Assembly (NCBI GenBank): GCA_003056165.1
Contig: LSNR01000014.1
Coordinates: 6,408-70,407, forward strand
Direction: 5' to 3'
DNA length: 64,000 nt
DNA from: Parcubacteria group bacterium M6-OD1-3
GTDB taxonomy: Bacteria > Patescibacteriota > Minisyncoccia > Moranbacterales > UBA9337
The notes beneath the pieces are model-generated. The model saw only the letters and a list, made by a program, of their open reading frames with translations. It searched no databases and was not told where the DNA came from. Below, piece by piece: positions 37,203 to 47,252 of this stretch (position 1 is the stretch's first letter; every line of letters begins with the position of its first letter). The position numbers and the translations under genes are program-made.

Positions 37203-38270
37203 ATGAATATTAAACAAGAGCTAAAAAATTTTAAAAAAGAATTTGACCCGATATTAGTGGATTTTTTTAATAATGCAATTTATGAAGCTGAGGAAAGCGA
37301 TAAACTTATGGCTGGAGCCTTGAAGCATATTAAAAAAATAACTATGTCTGGAGGAAAAAGATTGCGACCAGCGTTGATGTATTATAGCTATATTGGTGTT
37401 GGCGGTAAAAGAAAAAAAGAACTTTTGAGGGCGTCAATAAGTGTGGAATTAATTCATACTTTTCTTTTAATTCATGATGACATTATTGATCGTGATGACA
37501 AAAGGCATGGTGTTATGACAACACATTTGAAGTACAAAGAAATGCATGAAAAGTTTTTTTGGCAGGATAATTCGACACACTTTGGTACATCAATGGCAAT
37601 AATAATTGGTGATATGGTGGCAGCATTAGGAAATCAAGCTTTGTATAGTTCTAAATTTAAAGCAGAAATTTTAATCAAGGCATTATATAAACTACAAAAA
37701 GTAGTAGCAAACACTGTCATCGGTGAAGCTAAAGATGTTTTAATAAGTTTCAAGGGCAGAGCAACAGAAGCGGAAATTTTAGATGTTTGTGAGTTAAAGA
37801 CGGCGAAATATACGATTGAAAGTCCTTTGCACTTAGGTGCAATTTTAGGTGAGGCGGATGATAATATTTTGGAAAAATTAACCAAGTTGGCAATACCGAT
37901 TGGAATTGCTTTTCAAATTCAGGATGACATTTTGGGAGTTTTTGGTTCGGAAGAAAAAATCGGCAAGCCAGTTGGCTCAGACATTGCCGAAGGCAAACAA
38001 ACTATTTTAGTTTCAGAGGCAAGGAAAAAAGCTAATGTCAAACAAACAGCAGTTTTAAAAAGTGTTTTAGGAAAAGAGGACCTAACACAAAAAGAAATTG
38101 AAAAATTTAGAGAGATAATTGTCGAAACTGGAGCGCTTGATTATGCTAAAAAATTGGCACAAAATTATATTGTCGAAGCTAAAAAAGAAATTATTAAAAT
38201 TAAATTAAAAAAAGAAGCCGAAGATTTTTTGATGAGTATTGCGGATTATATGTTGGAAAGAGAAGTTTAA
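37203..38270 (+). CDS. polyprenyl diphosphate synthase (IspA/GGPPS family)
   Basis: First aspartate-rich motif LLIHDDIIDRDD, second FQIQDDILG. Confidence 0.85.
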   Translation: MNIKQELKNFKKEFDPILVDFFNNAIYEAEESDKLMAGALKHIKKITMSGGKRLRPALMYYSYIGVGGKRKKELLRASISVELIHTFLLIHDDIIDRDDKRHGVMTTHLKYKEMHEKFFWQDNSTHFGTSMAIIIGDMVAALGNQALYSSKFKAEILIKALYKLQKVVANTVIGEAKDVLISFKGRATEAEILDVCELKTAKYTIESPLHLGAILGEADDNILEKLTKLAIPIGIAFQIQDDILGVFGSEEKIGKPVGSDIAEGKQTILVSEARKKANVKQTAVLKSVLGKEDLTQKEIEKFREIIVETGALDYAKKLAQNYIVEAKKEIIKIKLKKEAEDFLMSIADYMLEREV

Positions 38271-38388
38271 CTTTTTGGATTTTAGAAATTTTCAAAAATA
38301 TTTATTCTATGAAATAAATGTTAAAAGAGTCAATAACATTATACTAGATCAACTTATCAATAGAATGAATATATGATGTGATTAAAAT

Positions 38389-40242
38389 ATGAAAAAAAGT
38401 AAAACTAAAAAAATTTTGAATTTAATTGATGAACCAAAAGATTTGAAGAAACTTTCTGATAAAGAATTGGTTCAATTGTGTGATGAACTTCGTGATTTTG
38501 TTATTGAAAGTGTCTCGGAAACAGGTGGTCATTTTGGATCAAATTTGGGAGTAGTTGAACTTACTGTGGCTATTCATTATGTTTTTGATACACCGAAAGA
38601 TTTATTAGTTTGGGATGTTGGGCACCAATCTTATCCTCATAAAATTATTACCGGTCGAAAAAATAAAATGCGAACGATTAGGAAAAAAGGAGGATTAGCA
38701 CCTTTTCCTAAAAGAAGTGAAAGCGAATATGATGCATTTGGGGTTGGTCACTCGGCTACCTCCATTAGTGCGACGGTGGGAATGGCAGTCGCTAATAAAA
38801 ATAAAAATAAAAAAGTTGTGGCGGTAATTGGCGATGGAGCATTGACTGGGGGAATGGCATTTGAAGCACTCAACCATGCTGGCGACATCGAGGCTGATAT
38901 GCTGGTCATTCTCAATGACAATGAAATGTCAATTTCTCCCAATGTCGGAGGAATGAGCGAATATCTTACACGGTTAATATCGTCACCCGGCTACGTTCGC
39001 TTGCGTAAAAAGGGTAGAGAAATACTTGATAAAGTTCCGCCTGTCGGGAAATTTGCTCGTCGTGTGGAAACACATACCAAGGGAATGATTACGCCCGGGA
39101 CACTTTTTGAAGAACTCGGATTTGAATATTATGGTCCAGTTGATGGGCATGATGTCAATGCTTTGATTAAAATTTTAAATAATCTAAAGCAAGTTCGTGG
39201 ACCGAAATTTTTACATATAATAACCAAAAAAGGAAAGGGCTACAAACCGGCGGAAAAAGATAATTTTTCTTTACACGCCGTTAAACCATTCGATCCAGTT
39301 ACTGGAAAAGGAAATGGTAACAAAAAGAAAGTTATAACTTATACGAAAGTTTTTTCAGATTGGGTTTGCGATAAGGCGGAAAAAGATAAAAAATTGCAGG
39401 CGATTACTCCGGCGATGTGTGAAGGGTCTGGATTGGGAGAATTCAGTCACAGATTTGCCAGTCGTTATTATGATGTTGGAATTGCCGAACAACATGCTGT
39501 CACTTTTGCAGCGGGATTAGCTTGCGAAAATAAAAAGCCGGTGGTGGCAATTTATTCTTCGTTTTTACAGAGAGCTTACGATCAATTTATTCACGATGTG
39601 GCTTTACAAAAGTTAGATGTGTTATTTGCCGTTGACCGAGCGGGAATTGTTGGACCGGATGGGGCGACACATGCTGGAAGTTTTGATTTATCATTTGCCC
39701 GAGCTATTCCCAATGTTATGATTATGTCTCCGTCAAATGAAAATGAATGTTATGCAATGTTAGAAGTGGGGTACAATTATAAAGGACCGGCAATAGTTAG
39801 ATATCCTCGCGGAGGTGGAATTGGAAAGTATAATAAAGAAAAACATAATCCGTTAAAAATTGGTCAAGCAAAGGTTTTAAGAGAAGGAAGCAGTATCTCA
39901 ATATTGGCGTTTGGAGCGATGACTGCTGTCTGTGAAAAAGTTGCTGAAAACTTAAATGCAACATTAGTAGATATGCGTTTTGTGAAACCGTTAGATGAAA
40001 AATTACTTTTGGAATTATCCAGGAAACATAAGTATTTTATTACAGTGGAAGACAATGTAATTATTGGTGGTGCTGGTAGTAGTGTGAATGAATTTGTTTT
40101 AAATGAAAAATTAAATATACAAGTAAAAAATTTGGGATTGCCGGATAAATTTTTGCAACACGGTTTGCGTGAAGAAATCTTAATGGAAGCGGGATTAAGT
40201 GGAGAAAGAATTGAAGAATCAATTAATGTTTTTATCAGATAG
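38389..40242 (+). CDS. dxs: 1-deoxy-D-xylulose-5-phosphate synthase
   Basis: GGHFGSNLGVVELTVAIHYVFDTPKD..WDVGHQSYPHKIITGR plus transketolase-like TPP and pyrimidine domains. Confidence 0.9.
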   Translation: MKKSKTKKILNLIDEPKDLKKLSDKELVQLCDELRDFVIESVSETGGHFGSNLGVVELTVAIHYVFDTPKDLLVWDVGHQSYPHKIITGRKNKMRTIRKKGGLAPFPKRSESEYDAFGVGHSATSISATVGMAVANKNKNKKVVAVIGDGALTGGMAFEALNHAGDIEADMLVILNDNEMSISPNVGGMSEYLTRLISSPGYVRLRKKGREILDKVPPVGKFARRVETHTKGMITPGTLFEELGFEYYGPVDGHDVNALIKILNNLKQVRGPKFLHIITKKGKGYKPAEKDNFSLHAVKPFDPVTGKGNGNKKKVITYTKVFSDWVCDKAEKDKKLQAITPAMCEGSGLGEFSHRFASRYYDVGIAEQHAVTFAAGLACENKKPVVAIYSSFLQRAYDQFIHDVALQKLDVLFAVDRAGIVGPDGATHAGSFDLSFARAIPNVMIMSPSNENECYAMLEVGYNYKGPAIVRYPRGGGIGKYNKEKHNPLKIGQAKVLREGSSISILAFGAMTAVCEKVAENLNATLVDMRFVKPLDEKLLLELSRKHKYFITVEDNVIIGGAGSSVNEFVLNEKLNIQVKNLGLPDKFLQHGLREEILMEAGLSGERIEESINVFIR

Positions 40243-40257
40243 ATTTTATTTAAAAAT

Positions 40258-40986
40258 ATGCAAATTCCAAATTGGAAAACTGAAGAGAAATTATTAAAAG
40301 AAAAATGGGATTTTATTATTGGCGTGGATGAGGCGGGAAGAGGTCCGTTGGCAGGACCGGTAGTGGCGAGTGCTGTAATGTTGAAGAAGAATTTTCAATT
40401 TCCTTCTAATCATCAGATGGAAATTTCTAATGATGATACTTTGAATAAAAAAGAAAAAAAAGAGAATAGTAATTTATGGGATTTGGTAAGAGATTCAAAA
40501 ACTTTAAGTGAAAAACAACGAGAACAATCTTACAAATTTGTGGAAGAAAATTTTTATGTAGGCGTTGGAGTTTGTAATGAAAAAACTATTGATAGAATAA
40601 ATATTTTGGAAGCGAGTTTTTTGGCGATGAAGTCGGCTATAAACGATTTGCAAACCAAAAATCGTAATTTGAAATTTGGAAAGTGTAAAGTACTGGTTGA
40701 TGGAAATAAGCAAATTCCAAATTTTTCCGGAGAACAAGAGGCGATTGTACAGGGAGATAAAAAAGTGAAATCAATTGCGGCGGCATCGATTATTGCCAAG
40801 GTGACACGAGACAAAATTATGAAAGAATACGATATAAAATATCCCAGCTATGGTTTCGCTAAACACAAAGGGTATGGAACAAAAATTCATATGGAGGCTT
40901 TGCAAAAATTCGGTCCTTGTAAAATTCATCGTCAAAGTTTTAAGCCGGTTAAAAGATTATTGGAAATTAAAATTGGTAAAAAATGA
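40258..40986 (+). CDS. rnhB: ribonuclease HII
   Basis: IIGVDEAGRGPLAGPVVASAV catalytic motif. Confidence 0.85.
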   Translation: MQIPNWKTEEKLLKEKWDFIIGVDEAGRGPLAGPVVASAVMLKKNFQFPSNHQMEISNDDTLNKKEKKENSNLWDLVRDSKTLSEKQREQSYKFVEENFYVGVGVCNEKTIDRINILEASFLAMKSAINDLQTKNRNLKFGKCKVLVDGNKQIPNFSGEQEAIVQGDKKVKSIAAASIIAKVTRDKIMKEYDIKYPSYGFAKHKGYGTKIHMEALQKFGPCKIHRQSFKPVKRLLEIKIGKK

Positions 40987-41121
40987 AAAAGGCTTGCCAA
41001 AAAGTAAAAGTAGTGATAAATTAAAAAGTGTAAAGGATAATATTTTATTGTAAGTGATAGTTTTTCTAATTAAGTTATTGATTTACTGATTACGGAATAC
41101 TGTTTACTGATTATTAAAAAA

Positions 41122-41319
41122 ATGGCAGTTCCAAAACAACGGCAGAATAAAGCTCGTAAGGGTAGAAGAAGAGCCGGGCAATTAAATAAAAATAATATCG
41201 CTAATGTGCAAACGGTAAAATGTTCCAATTGCGGAGAGACTATTTTACCGCATAGAGTTTGTCCAAAATGTGGCTTCTATAAAGGCAAAGAAGTTATCAA
41301 AAATAAAGTTGTAAAATAA
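41122..41319 (+). CDS. rpmF: 50S ribosomal protein L32
   Basis: MAVPKQRQNKARKGRRRAG...CSNCGE...CPKCG. Confidence 0.85.
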   Translation: MAVPKQRQNKARKGRRRAGQLNKNNIANVQTVKCSNCGETILPHRVCPKCGFYKGKEVIKNKVVK

Positions 41320-41383
41320 CTGATATTAAATTGAACAAATCTTTGTATATTTTCAGTTTAAAGTTTTTAGATTATAAACAAAA

Positions 41384-41848
41384 ATGGCAAATAGACATCT
41401 TCAAAGATCAATAGCTATGCAATCCTTGTTTGAGTGGGATTTTAATGATGGAAATAAAGATGCTATTTTAGCAATAGTTGATAAAAATATCAGAGATTTA
41501 GCTGTGGGAATAGATGAAACTGATTTGATTTTAACTTTGGTTGAAGGTGTTATTAAAAATCAAAAGGATATTGATGAGTTAATAAAACAATGCGCACCGG
41601 ATTGGCCGTTAGATCAGATTACTGCAGTAGATAGAAATATTTTGCGAGTAGGAATTTTCGAACTTCTTTTTGGTGATTATGAAAAAGTTCCTCCAAAAGT
41701 CGCTATCAATGAAGCTATTGAGTTGGCTAAAACTTTTGGGGGTCCAAATTCCGCTAAATTTATTAATGGTGTATTAGGAACAATTTATCGAGAATTAGGA
41801 GAGCCGTTAAAAAATGATGGAAAGAAAAAAATAAAGGAAAAAAAATAA
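41384..41848 (+). CDS. nusB: transcription antitermination factor NusB
   Basis: [13 protein letters not shown]...[21 protein letters not shown]. Confidence 0.8.
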   Translation: MANRHLQRSIAMQSLFEWDFNDGNKDAILAIVDKNIRDLAVGIDETDLILTLVEGVIKNQKDIDELIKQCAPDWPLDQITAVDRNILRVGIFELLFGDYEKVPPKVAINEAIELAKTFGGPNSAKFINGVLGTIYRELGEPLKNDGKKKIKEKK

Positions 41849-41958
41849 TTTTAGCACTCTCTAGGAAATGTGAATAATATAAATGTATAATTCTAATAAT
41901 TGTTTTGTTAGTTATATATTTGTAAAAATTTGTAATTCTTAGAGATTGTCATAATATA

Positions 41959-42642
41959 ATGATTGCAAAATTTGCTAAAAAGATTGGGATTAAGTTTAAA
42001 AATTTAGATTTATTGAAAGAGGCTTTAACTCATCGTTCTTATCTAAATGAAAATAAAAAAACAGGACAAAGGCACAACGAGCGGTTGGAATTTTTAGGTG
42101 ATGCTGTATTGGAACTAATAGTGACGGATTTTTTATTTAACAATTATAAAAATTCTGAAGGAGATTTGACTAGCTGGAGAGCAGCGTTAGTCAACGGCAT
42201 GACTCTAGCTGAAGTTTCTGGCGAGATGGGTGTAGGAGAATATTTACTAATGAGTAAAGGTGAAGCGAAGGATACTGGGCGAGCGCGTCAATATCTTTTG
42301 GCAAATGCAATGGAAGCGATTATTGGAGCAATTTATCTTGATCAGGGATATGATATTGCTAAGGATTTTATTTTAAAAAATATAGTTATCAAGATTGATG
42401 AAATCTTGGAAAAGAAACTTTATCTTGATCCGAAAAGTTATTTTCAAGAAAAAGCTCAACGACATGAGAAAATTACACCGTCATATAAAGTTATAAAAGA
42501 ATCTGGGCCGGACCACGATAGAGTTTTTACAGTTGGTGTATATTTGGAAAATGATTTGATTGCTAAAGGTGATGGTCCATCTAAACAGTCTGCGCAGAGA
42601 AATGCTGCTCAAGCTGGCTTGGATGCTAAAGGTTGGAAATAA
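41959..42642 (+). CDS. rnc: ribonuclease III
   Basis: ALTHRSY...NERLEFLGDAVLELIV signature plus a C-terminal dsRBD. Confidence 0.9.
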   Translation: MIAKFAKKIGIKFKNLDLLKEALTHRSYLNENKKTGQRHNERLEFLGDAVLELIVTDFLFNNYKNSEGDLTSWRAALVNGMTLAEVSGEMGVGEYLLMSKGEAKDTGRARQYLLANAMEAIIGAIYLDQGYDIAKDFILKNIVIKIDEILEKKLYLDPKSYFQEKAQRHEKITPSYKVIKESGPDHDRVFTVGVYLENDLIAKGDGPSKQSAQRNAAQAGLDAKGWK

Positions 42643-42971
42643 CTTTTAGAACTAAAGATTAAAGATATAAATAGTTAGTAAGTTCTCTTGAAATATATAT
42701 AATTAATATTTTTTCAAGAGAAAGGGTCGTTAACAATAAAAGATAAATAAGCATATTTATCAAAAACAATGGAGGTGTTATGAGAAGAACTAAGAGAAGT
42801 GCTCGTTTGTATAATGGGCACATTTTCTACATTGAGAGAAAGGCAAGGATTCGTCGAGTGGTAAATTATCTTGCAAATTTTTTTAAAATCTTTCTTGTGA
42901 TTTAAGGAGGTGATCCATGTATCGAACCGGTGCGTTTTTCTGCGGACCGTCAAAAATGTAAAGCATTTTTG

Positions 42972-43008
42972 TAAGGAGGGATGTTGTAAATACCCTCCTT
43001 TTTATTTC
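42972..43008 (+). terminator. hairpin aaggaggg-N12-ccctcctt followed by a T-run
   Basis: 8-bp stem. Contains an SD-like sequence in its 5' arm. Confidence 0.55.
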
Positions 43009-43077
43009 GTTAATTATTTTACTGAAAAAGAAAAATGAATTATACTAGAATAGTAATAAAGGAGGGCTGAGATTTTT

Positions 43078-45444
43078 ATGTATTTAAAAAAAATAGAAAT
43101 AGCAGGTTTTAAATCTTTTGCTAATAAAACTGTCGTAGATTTTATGCCACTCGACTCAAAAAATATCGAAAAAGGTGGTTTTGACAGTGGAGAAAAAAAA
43201 CAAAAACAAACAGGAATTACGGCGATTGTTGGCCCAAATGGTTCGGGAAAATCAAATATTGCCGACGCCATTCGTTGGGCAATGGGAGAACAGTCAATGA
43301 AAAATTTGCGAGGCAAAAAAATGGAAGATATTATTTTCGCTGGTTCCGGGAAAAAAGGTAAATTAAATTATGCGACAGTTTCTCTGCACTTTGATAATTC
43401 AGATAAACAAATTCCTTTAGATTTTTCCGAAGTAATAATTAGAAGAAAACTTTTTAGAAATGGTGATTCAGAATATGTTATTAACGGTTCTAAGGTTAGA
43501 TTGATAGATGTTGCTGATTTATTGGCAAAAGCTGGGGTTGGTAAAGATAGCTATAGTGTTCTTAATCAAGGAATGTCTGATGCGATGCTTAATGCTTCTC
43601 CTGCTGAAAGGCGAACAATTTTAGAGGATGCTGCTGGTGTAAAACAATATCAAATTAAAAAAAACAGAGCTTTGAAAAAGATGGAAACTACTCGCAAAAA
43701 TCTTGAACAAGTTGATGGATTGCTTAATGAAATTAGTCCACATCTACGAAGTTTGAAGCGTCAAGCTAGTAAAGCTCAGAAAGGCAAGGAATTGAAAATA
43801 GAATTAAGAAAATTGCAAGAAAAATATTATTCCTATCTTTGGAATGAATTTCAACAAGACCAGAAAAAATCTTCTGAACAAAAAGAAATTTTGGGAAATA
43901 AAATGATGCGATTACAAAAAGAAGTCGATAAATTAAATGACTTTGTTTTGACAGAATCGAAAAAGATGCGACAAAGTAAAAAACCGGATGAACTTAGAGC
44001 AAAAAGAGATAAAATCTATCAAGATATAAATAAGTTAGAAAGAGAACGAATGGTTACTGATGGAAAGTTAGAAATAACTTTAGAAAAAATAAAACAGCAA
44101 AATGTTATTCAAAGTATTCCGGTTGATAAAAAATATATTCAGACTGAATTAGCGCAACTCCATAATGAACAAAAAAAATTGATTGAAAAAATAAAAAATG
44201 TGGAAAAATTGGAAGAACTTCAAGATGTTAGAGAATTTGCTCAAGTTATTAAACAAAAAACATTTGAGCTGAGGGGTGATATTGAAAAAGGAAAAGTGGA
44301 AGGGCGAAAAACTACGGAACAAATTGCGGAAGAGAAAAAACTTGAGAAATTTATTTCTGAATTAGAGAAACAGCGAGATGTTATTATGCAAAAAATAACA
44401 ACTTTAAAACAAGAAATTTTAAAAATTACTAAAGAAATTGAAATAGAGATTGAAGAAGATGAAAAAGCAAGAGAAGATTTTTTTCGAATGGAAGATGAAT
44501 TGCGAGAAAAACAAAGAAAATTAAATTTTTTGAAAGATAAATTCAATGAGGCTAAAATTGCTTTGGCGAGAATTGAAGTTCGAGAAGAAGACCTAATTGA
44601 AGATATAAAAAATGATTTGGGAATAGAAGTTAAAAAACTGAAATATGTTGAGCAAGAAATTAATGTGCCTAATACGGAACAAAAAATATTTAGGATGAAA
44701 AACCAGCTAGAGCAAATAGGTGGAATTGATCCATTGATAATGGATGAATATCAAGAAACAAATCAACGATATGAAACTTTACAACAAGAATCTGCTGATT
44801 TGGAAAAAGCAATAGTTTCTTTAAAAGAAATTGCTAAAGAAATGGATAAAAAAATAGATAAGGTTTTCACAACAGCTTTTTTTAAAATTAATAAAGAATT
44901 TTCAAAATATTTTCGAATAATTTTCGGCGGAGGAAAGGCAACCCTTATTAAAACAAAAAATTTGAAGAAGAAAGTGCGAAATATTGCGGATAGAAATGAA
45001 ATTTCTAGTGAAGAACAATCCAAAATAGAAGAAAAAGATGATGTAGAAATTGTTGATAATGAAAATGAGAAGGATAATGTTGTCGGAAAAATGATAGCTG
45101 AGATTGGTGTTGATGTTTCAGCCTGCCCTCCAGGAAAAAAGATTTCTAATTTAACGATGCTTTCTGGTGGAGAGCGTTCATTAACATCACTGGCATTATT
45201 ATTTGCAATTATTTCTTATAATCCACCGCCATTCGCAGTTTTAGATGAAGTGGAGGCAGCATTAGATGAGGCAAATTCTCTCCGTTTTGGAAAAATTTTA
45301 CAAGAACTTTCTAATAACACGCAATTTATTGCCATCACACATAATAGGGAGACAATGCGTCAGGCTGCTTATCTTTACGGAGCAACAATGGGTGATGATG
45401 GAGTCACTAAATTATTATCGGTCAAACTTGATAAACATAAATAG
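43078..45444 (+). CDS. smc: SMC-family chromosome segregation ATPase, short (788 aa) with no evident hinge domain
   Basis: Walker A GPNGSGKSNIADAIRWAMGEQ, C-terminal ABC signature LSGGERSLTSLALLFAI and D-loop AVLDEVEAALD. The central region is continuous coiled coil. Confidence 0.75.
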   Translation: MYLKKIEIAGFKSFANKTVVDFMPLDSKNIEKGGFDSGEKKQKQTGITAIVGPNGSGKSNIADAIRWAMGEQSMKNLRGKKMEDIIFAGSGKKGKLNYATVSLHFDNSDKQIPLDFSEVIIRRKLFRNGDSEYVINGSKVRLIDVADLLAKAGVGKDSYSVLNQGMSDAMLNASPAERRTILEDAAGVKQYQIKKNRALKKMETTRKNLEQVDGLLNEISPHLRSLKRQASKAQKGKELKIELRKLQEKYYSYLWNEFQQDQKKSSEQKEILGNKMMRLQKEVDKLNDFVLTESKKMRQSKKPDELRAKRDKIYQDINKLERERMVTDGKLEITLEKIKQQNVIQSIPVDKKYIQTELAQLHNEQKKLIEKIKNVEKLEELQDVREFAQVIKQKTFELRGDIEKGKVEGRKTTEQIAEEKKLEKFISELEKQRDVIMQKITTLKQEILKITKEIEIEIEEDEKAREDFFRMEDELREKQRKLNFLKDKFNEAKIALARIEVREEDLIEDIKNDLGIEVKKLKYVEQEINVPNTEQKIFRMKNQLEQIGGIDPLIMDEYQETNQRYETLQQESADLEKAIVSLKEIAKEMDKKIDKVFTTAFFKINKEFSKYFRIIFGGGKATLIKTKNLKKKVRNIADRNEISSEEQSKIEEKDDVEIVDNENEKDNVVGKMIAEIGVDVSACPPGKKISNLTMLSGGERSLTSLALLFAIISYNPPPFAVLDEVEAALDEANSLRFGKILQELSNNTQFIAITHNRETMRQAAYLYGATMGDDGVTKLLSVKLDKHK

Positions 45445-45578
45445 TTCTATATACAGATGTTGACTAAATTAAAATAACAGTGTATTCTCTTAGGAGTAGA
45501 AGGTTAAATAATATTTAAATACGGATAATTAATATTCCGGGATAATTCCTCCGGTTTTTGATTTGCTGTTACAAAGAA

Positions 45579-46100
45579 ATGAATAATAAATTGATAAAAT
45601 TTAATTTAAGTCAACGAAAATCAGACAATATTCCAGAGATAAAGTCGGGAGATATCGTTAGGGTCCATAGAAAAATTAAGGAAGGTAGTAAGGAAAGAAT
45701 ACAAGTGTTTGAGGGTATAATAATCGCTATTAAAGGAAAACAAAGTAGTTCGCCAATGATTACTGTAAGAAAAGTTTCCAATGGTGTCGGTGTTGAGTTA
45801 GTTATACCAATATATTCTTCAGATGTAGATAAGATTGAGCTTGTGAAAAGAGCTGGTGTTAGACGATCAAAGCTTTATTATCTTAGAGATAAATCAGCGA
45901 AATCTATGCGATTAAAATATAAAGATATGGCTGATTTCGCTAAAGTTACTGAAGAGAAAAAAGAGAATATTATCGAGGAAAAGGCTGAGACTGAAACAAA
46001 GAAAGAGTCCTCTGCTGAGAAGGAGAATAAAAAAGAAGACAGAAAAGATAAAACTGGAAAAGACAACGGTGAAAAAGATGATAAAAAGAAGGAGAAATAA
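45579..46100 (+). CDS. rplS: 50S ribosomal protein L19 with K/E-rich C-terminal extension
   Basis: KSGDIVRVHRKIKEGSKERIQVFEGIIIA...ITVRKVSNGVGVE. The start is taken at the ATG for MNNKLIK rather than the upstream track start. Confidence 0.85.
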   Translation: MNNKLIKFNLSQRKSDNIPEIKSGDIVRVHRKIKEGSKERIQVFEGIIIAIKGKQSSSPMITVRKVSNGVGVELVIPIYSSDVDKIELVKRAGVRRSKLYYLRDKSAKSMRLKYKDMADFAKVTEEKKENIIEEKAETETKKESSAEKENKKEDRKDKTGKDNGEKDDKKKEK

Positions 46101-46157
46101 TTATTTTAGGTTGAGTTGTTTGCAGTATTTGAAAAAAATTATTTGTACGGTATAATA

Positions 46158-46251
46158 GCCGTGGTGCTGGAACTGGTAGACAGGCTAGCTTGAGGGGCTA
46201 GTGCTTGTAAAAGCGTGCGAGTTCAAATCTCGCTCACGGCACTTTATGGGT
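46158..46251 (+). tRNA. tRNA-Leu (anticodon GAG), class II
   Basis: Anticodon loop ttgaggg, long variable arm, T-arm gcgagttcaaatctcgc. Confidence 0.75.
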
Positions 46252-46348
46252 TTCTGGGTACAATATTTTATATTTTTTTAACTAAATAATGTAGAATATG
46301 TCAGACGATAATTTTTTAGATTTAAGCATTGTATCTATATACTAATAT

Positions 46349-46400
46349 GGACGATTAGCTCAGCTCCCGCCAAAAGAGGAGGCGGACAGGAGTTAGAGCG
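46349..46400 (+). other. partial or disrupted copy of the tRNA-Val 5' end (17 nt identical, then a 26-nt GC-rich insertion cccgccaaaagaggaggcggacagga, then tagagcg, then divergence)
   Basis: ggacgattagctcagct matches the full tRNA-Val at 46452. No anticodon or T arms follow. Confidence 0.55.
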
Positions 46401-46451
46401 GTCCGCAGTTGAAAAGATAATTGATTAAATTAAATTAGTGTTGTAAGTTAA

Positions 46452-46525
46452 GGACGATTAGCTCAGCTGGTTAGAGCGCTTCCCTTACAAGGAAGAAGTC
46501 ACTGGTTCGAATCCAGTATCGTCCA
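46452..46525 (+). tRNA. tRNA-Val (anticodon TAC)
   Basis: Anticodon stem-loop cttcc-cttacaa-ggaag, T-arm actggttcgaatccagt. Confidence 0.85.
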
Positions 46526-46760
46526 CTAAATATAAAGAAGCGACAAAGAAGTAATGAATTAAGGTAATTAGTCACAGCTAGCAAAGAGTCAAAAACTTTG
46601 TGTAGAGAGTTTATTCCCGATATAAACTTGCAGGGTATTGAGATACCCTATCGATACTGTGAGTCATTGCGGATTATATTTAGGATAACATTTGTCAGTT
46701 GGCTGATAGGCGGTTTGTTTAGCCATTAAGATTGAATGAAGTTTGAATAACTGTGATATA

Positions 46761-46832
46761 GGGACTATAGCTCAGTGGTAGAGCGCACGGCTCATAACCG
46801 TTTGGTCGTAGGTTCGAATCCTGCTAGTCCCA
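46761..46832 (+). tRNA. tRNA with CAT anticodon (elongator Met or Ile2/lysidine). G1-C72 paired, so not an initiator.
   Basis: Anticodon loop ctcataa, T-arm gtaggttcgaatcctgc. Confidence 0.7.
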
Positions 46833-46849
46833 CTAAATTGAAAGTTAAG

Positions 46850-46923
46850 AGGGCGTATAGCTCAGTTGGTTAGAGCGCAACACTGATAATGTTGAGGTCC
46901 CAGGTTCAAATCCTGGTACGCCC
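46850..46923 (+). tRNA. tRNA-Ile (anticodon GAT)
   Basis: Anticodon stem-loop caaca-ctgataa-tgttg, T-arm ccaggttcaaatcctgg. Confidence 0.85.
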
Positions 46924-47015
46924 ACAAGTAGTCGGCGAACTTGCCAAACTTTCTATTGAAGTATAAAATTTATATATTAATCGAAACGATATAAATATTT
47001 AGTGAGTTTAATAAT

Positions 47016-47100
47016 TATAAGTTAGTGGAAAGTTATGATCAAGGCAGGCCTGCCAAATTTTCTGTTAGTTTAATCTATAAGTTAATGGAAAGTTAGACAG
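47016..47100 (+). repeat. conserved pre-tRNA element, copy 2 (taagttagtggaaagtta...caaggcaggcctgccaaattttctgttagtttaat...taagttaatggaaagttagac)
   Basis: Homologous to 13799..13906. Contains internal direct repeats taagtta.tg.aaagtta and the palindrome gcaggcctgc. Confidence 0.6.
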
Positions 47101-47172
47101 GCGGGTGTCGTATAGTGGTTATTACACGTCCTTGCCAAGGATGAGACGGCGGTTCGATTCCGCTCACTCGCT
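47101..47172 (+). tRNA. tRNA-Gly (anticodon GCC)
   Basis: Anticodon stem-loop cgtcc-ttgccaa-ggatg, T-arm ggcggttcgattccgct. Its first 19 nt are identical to tRNA-Trp at 13907. Confidence 0.8.
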
Positions 47173-47252
47173 CAATTAAGAAAAATAAGGTAGAATATAT
47201 TAATAAAAGTCAATTTTTTTAAGTATTGACAAACTATCTAAAAAATTATAGT

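Noticed and set aside
40850-41053. 67-aa ORF overlapping the rnhB 3' end and extending into the rpmF upstream region
   Set aside because: No RBS, K-rich frame-shadow of rnhB and AT-rich intergenic DNA.
42903-42916. taaggaggtgatcc as the 3' end of a minus-strand 16S rRNA gene
   Set aside because: Flanking sequence lacks the conserved 16S 3' region (gtaacaaggta…cctgcggctgg). It is an isolated SD-like match, kept only as a regulatory curiosity.
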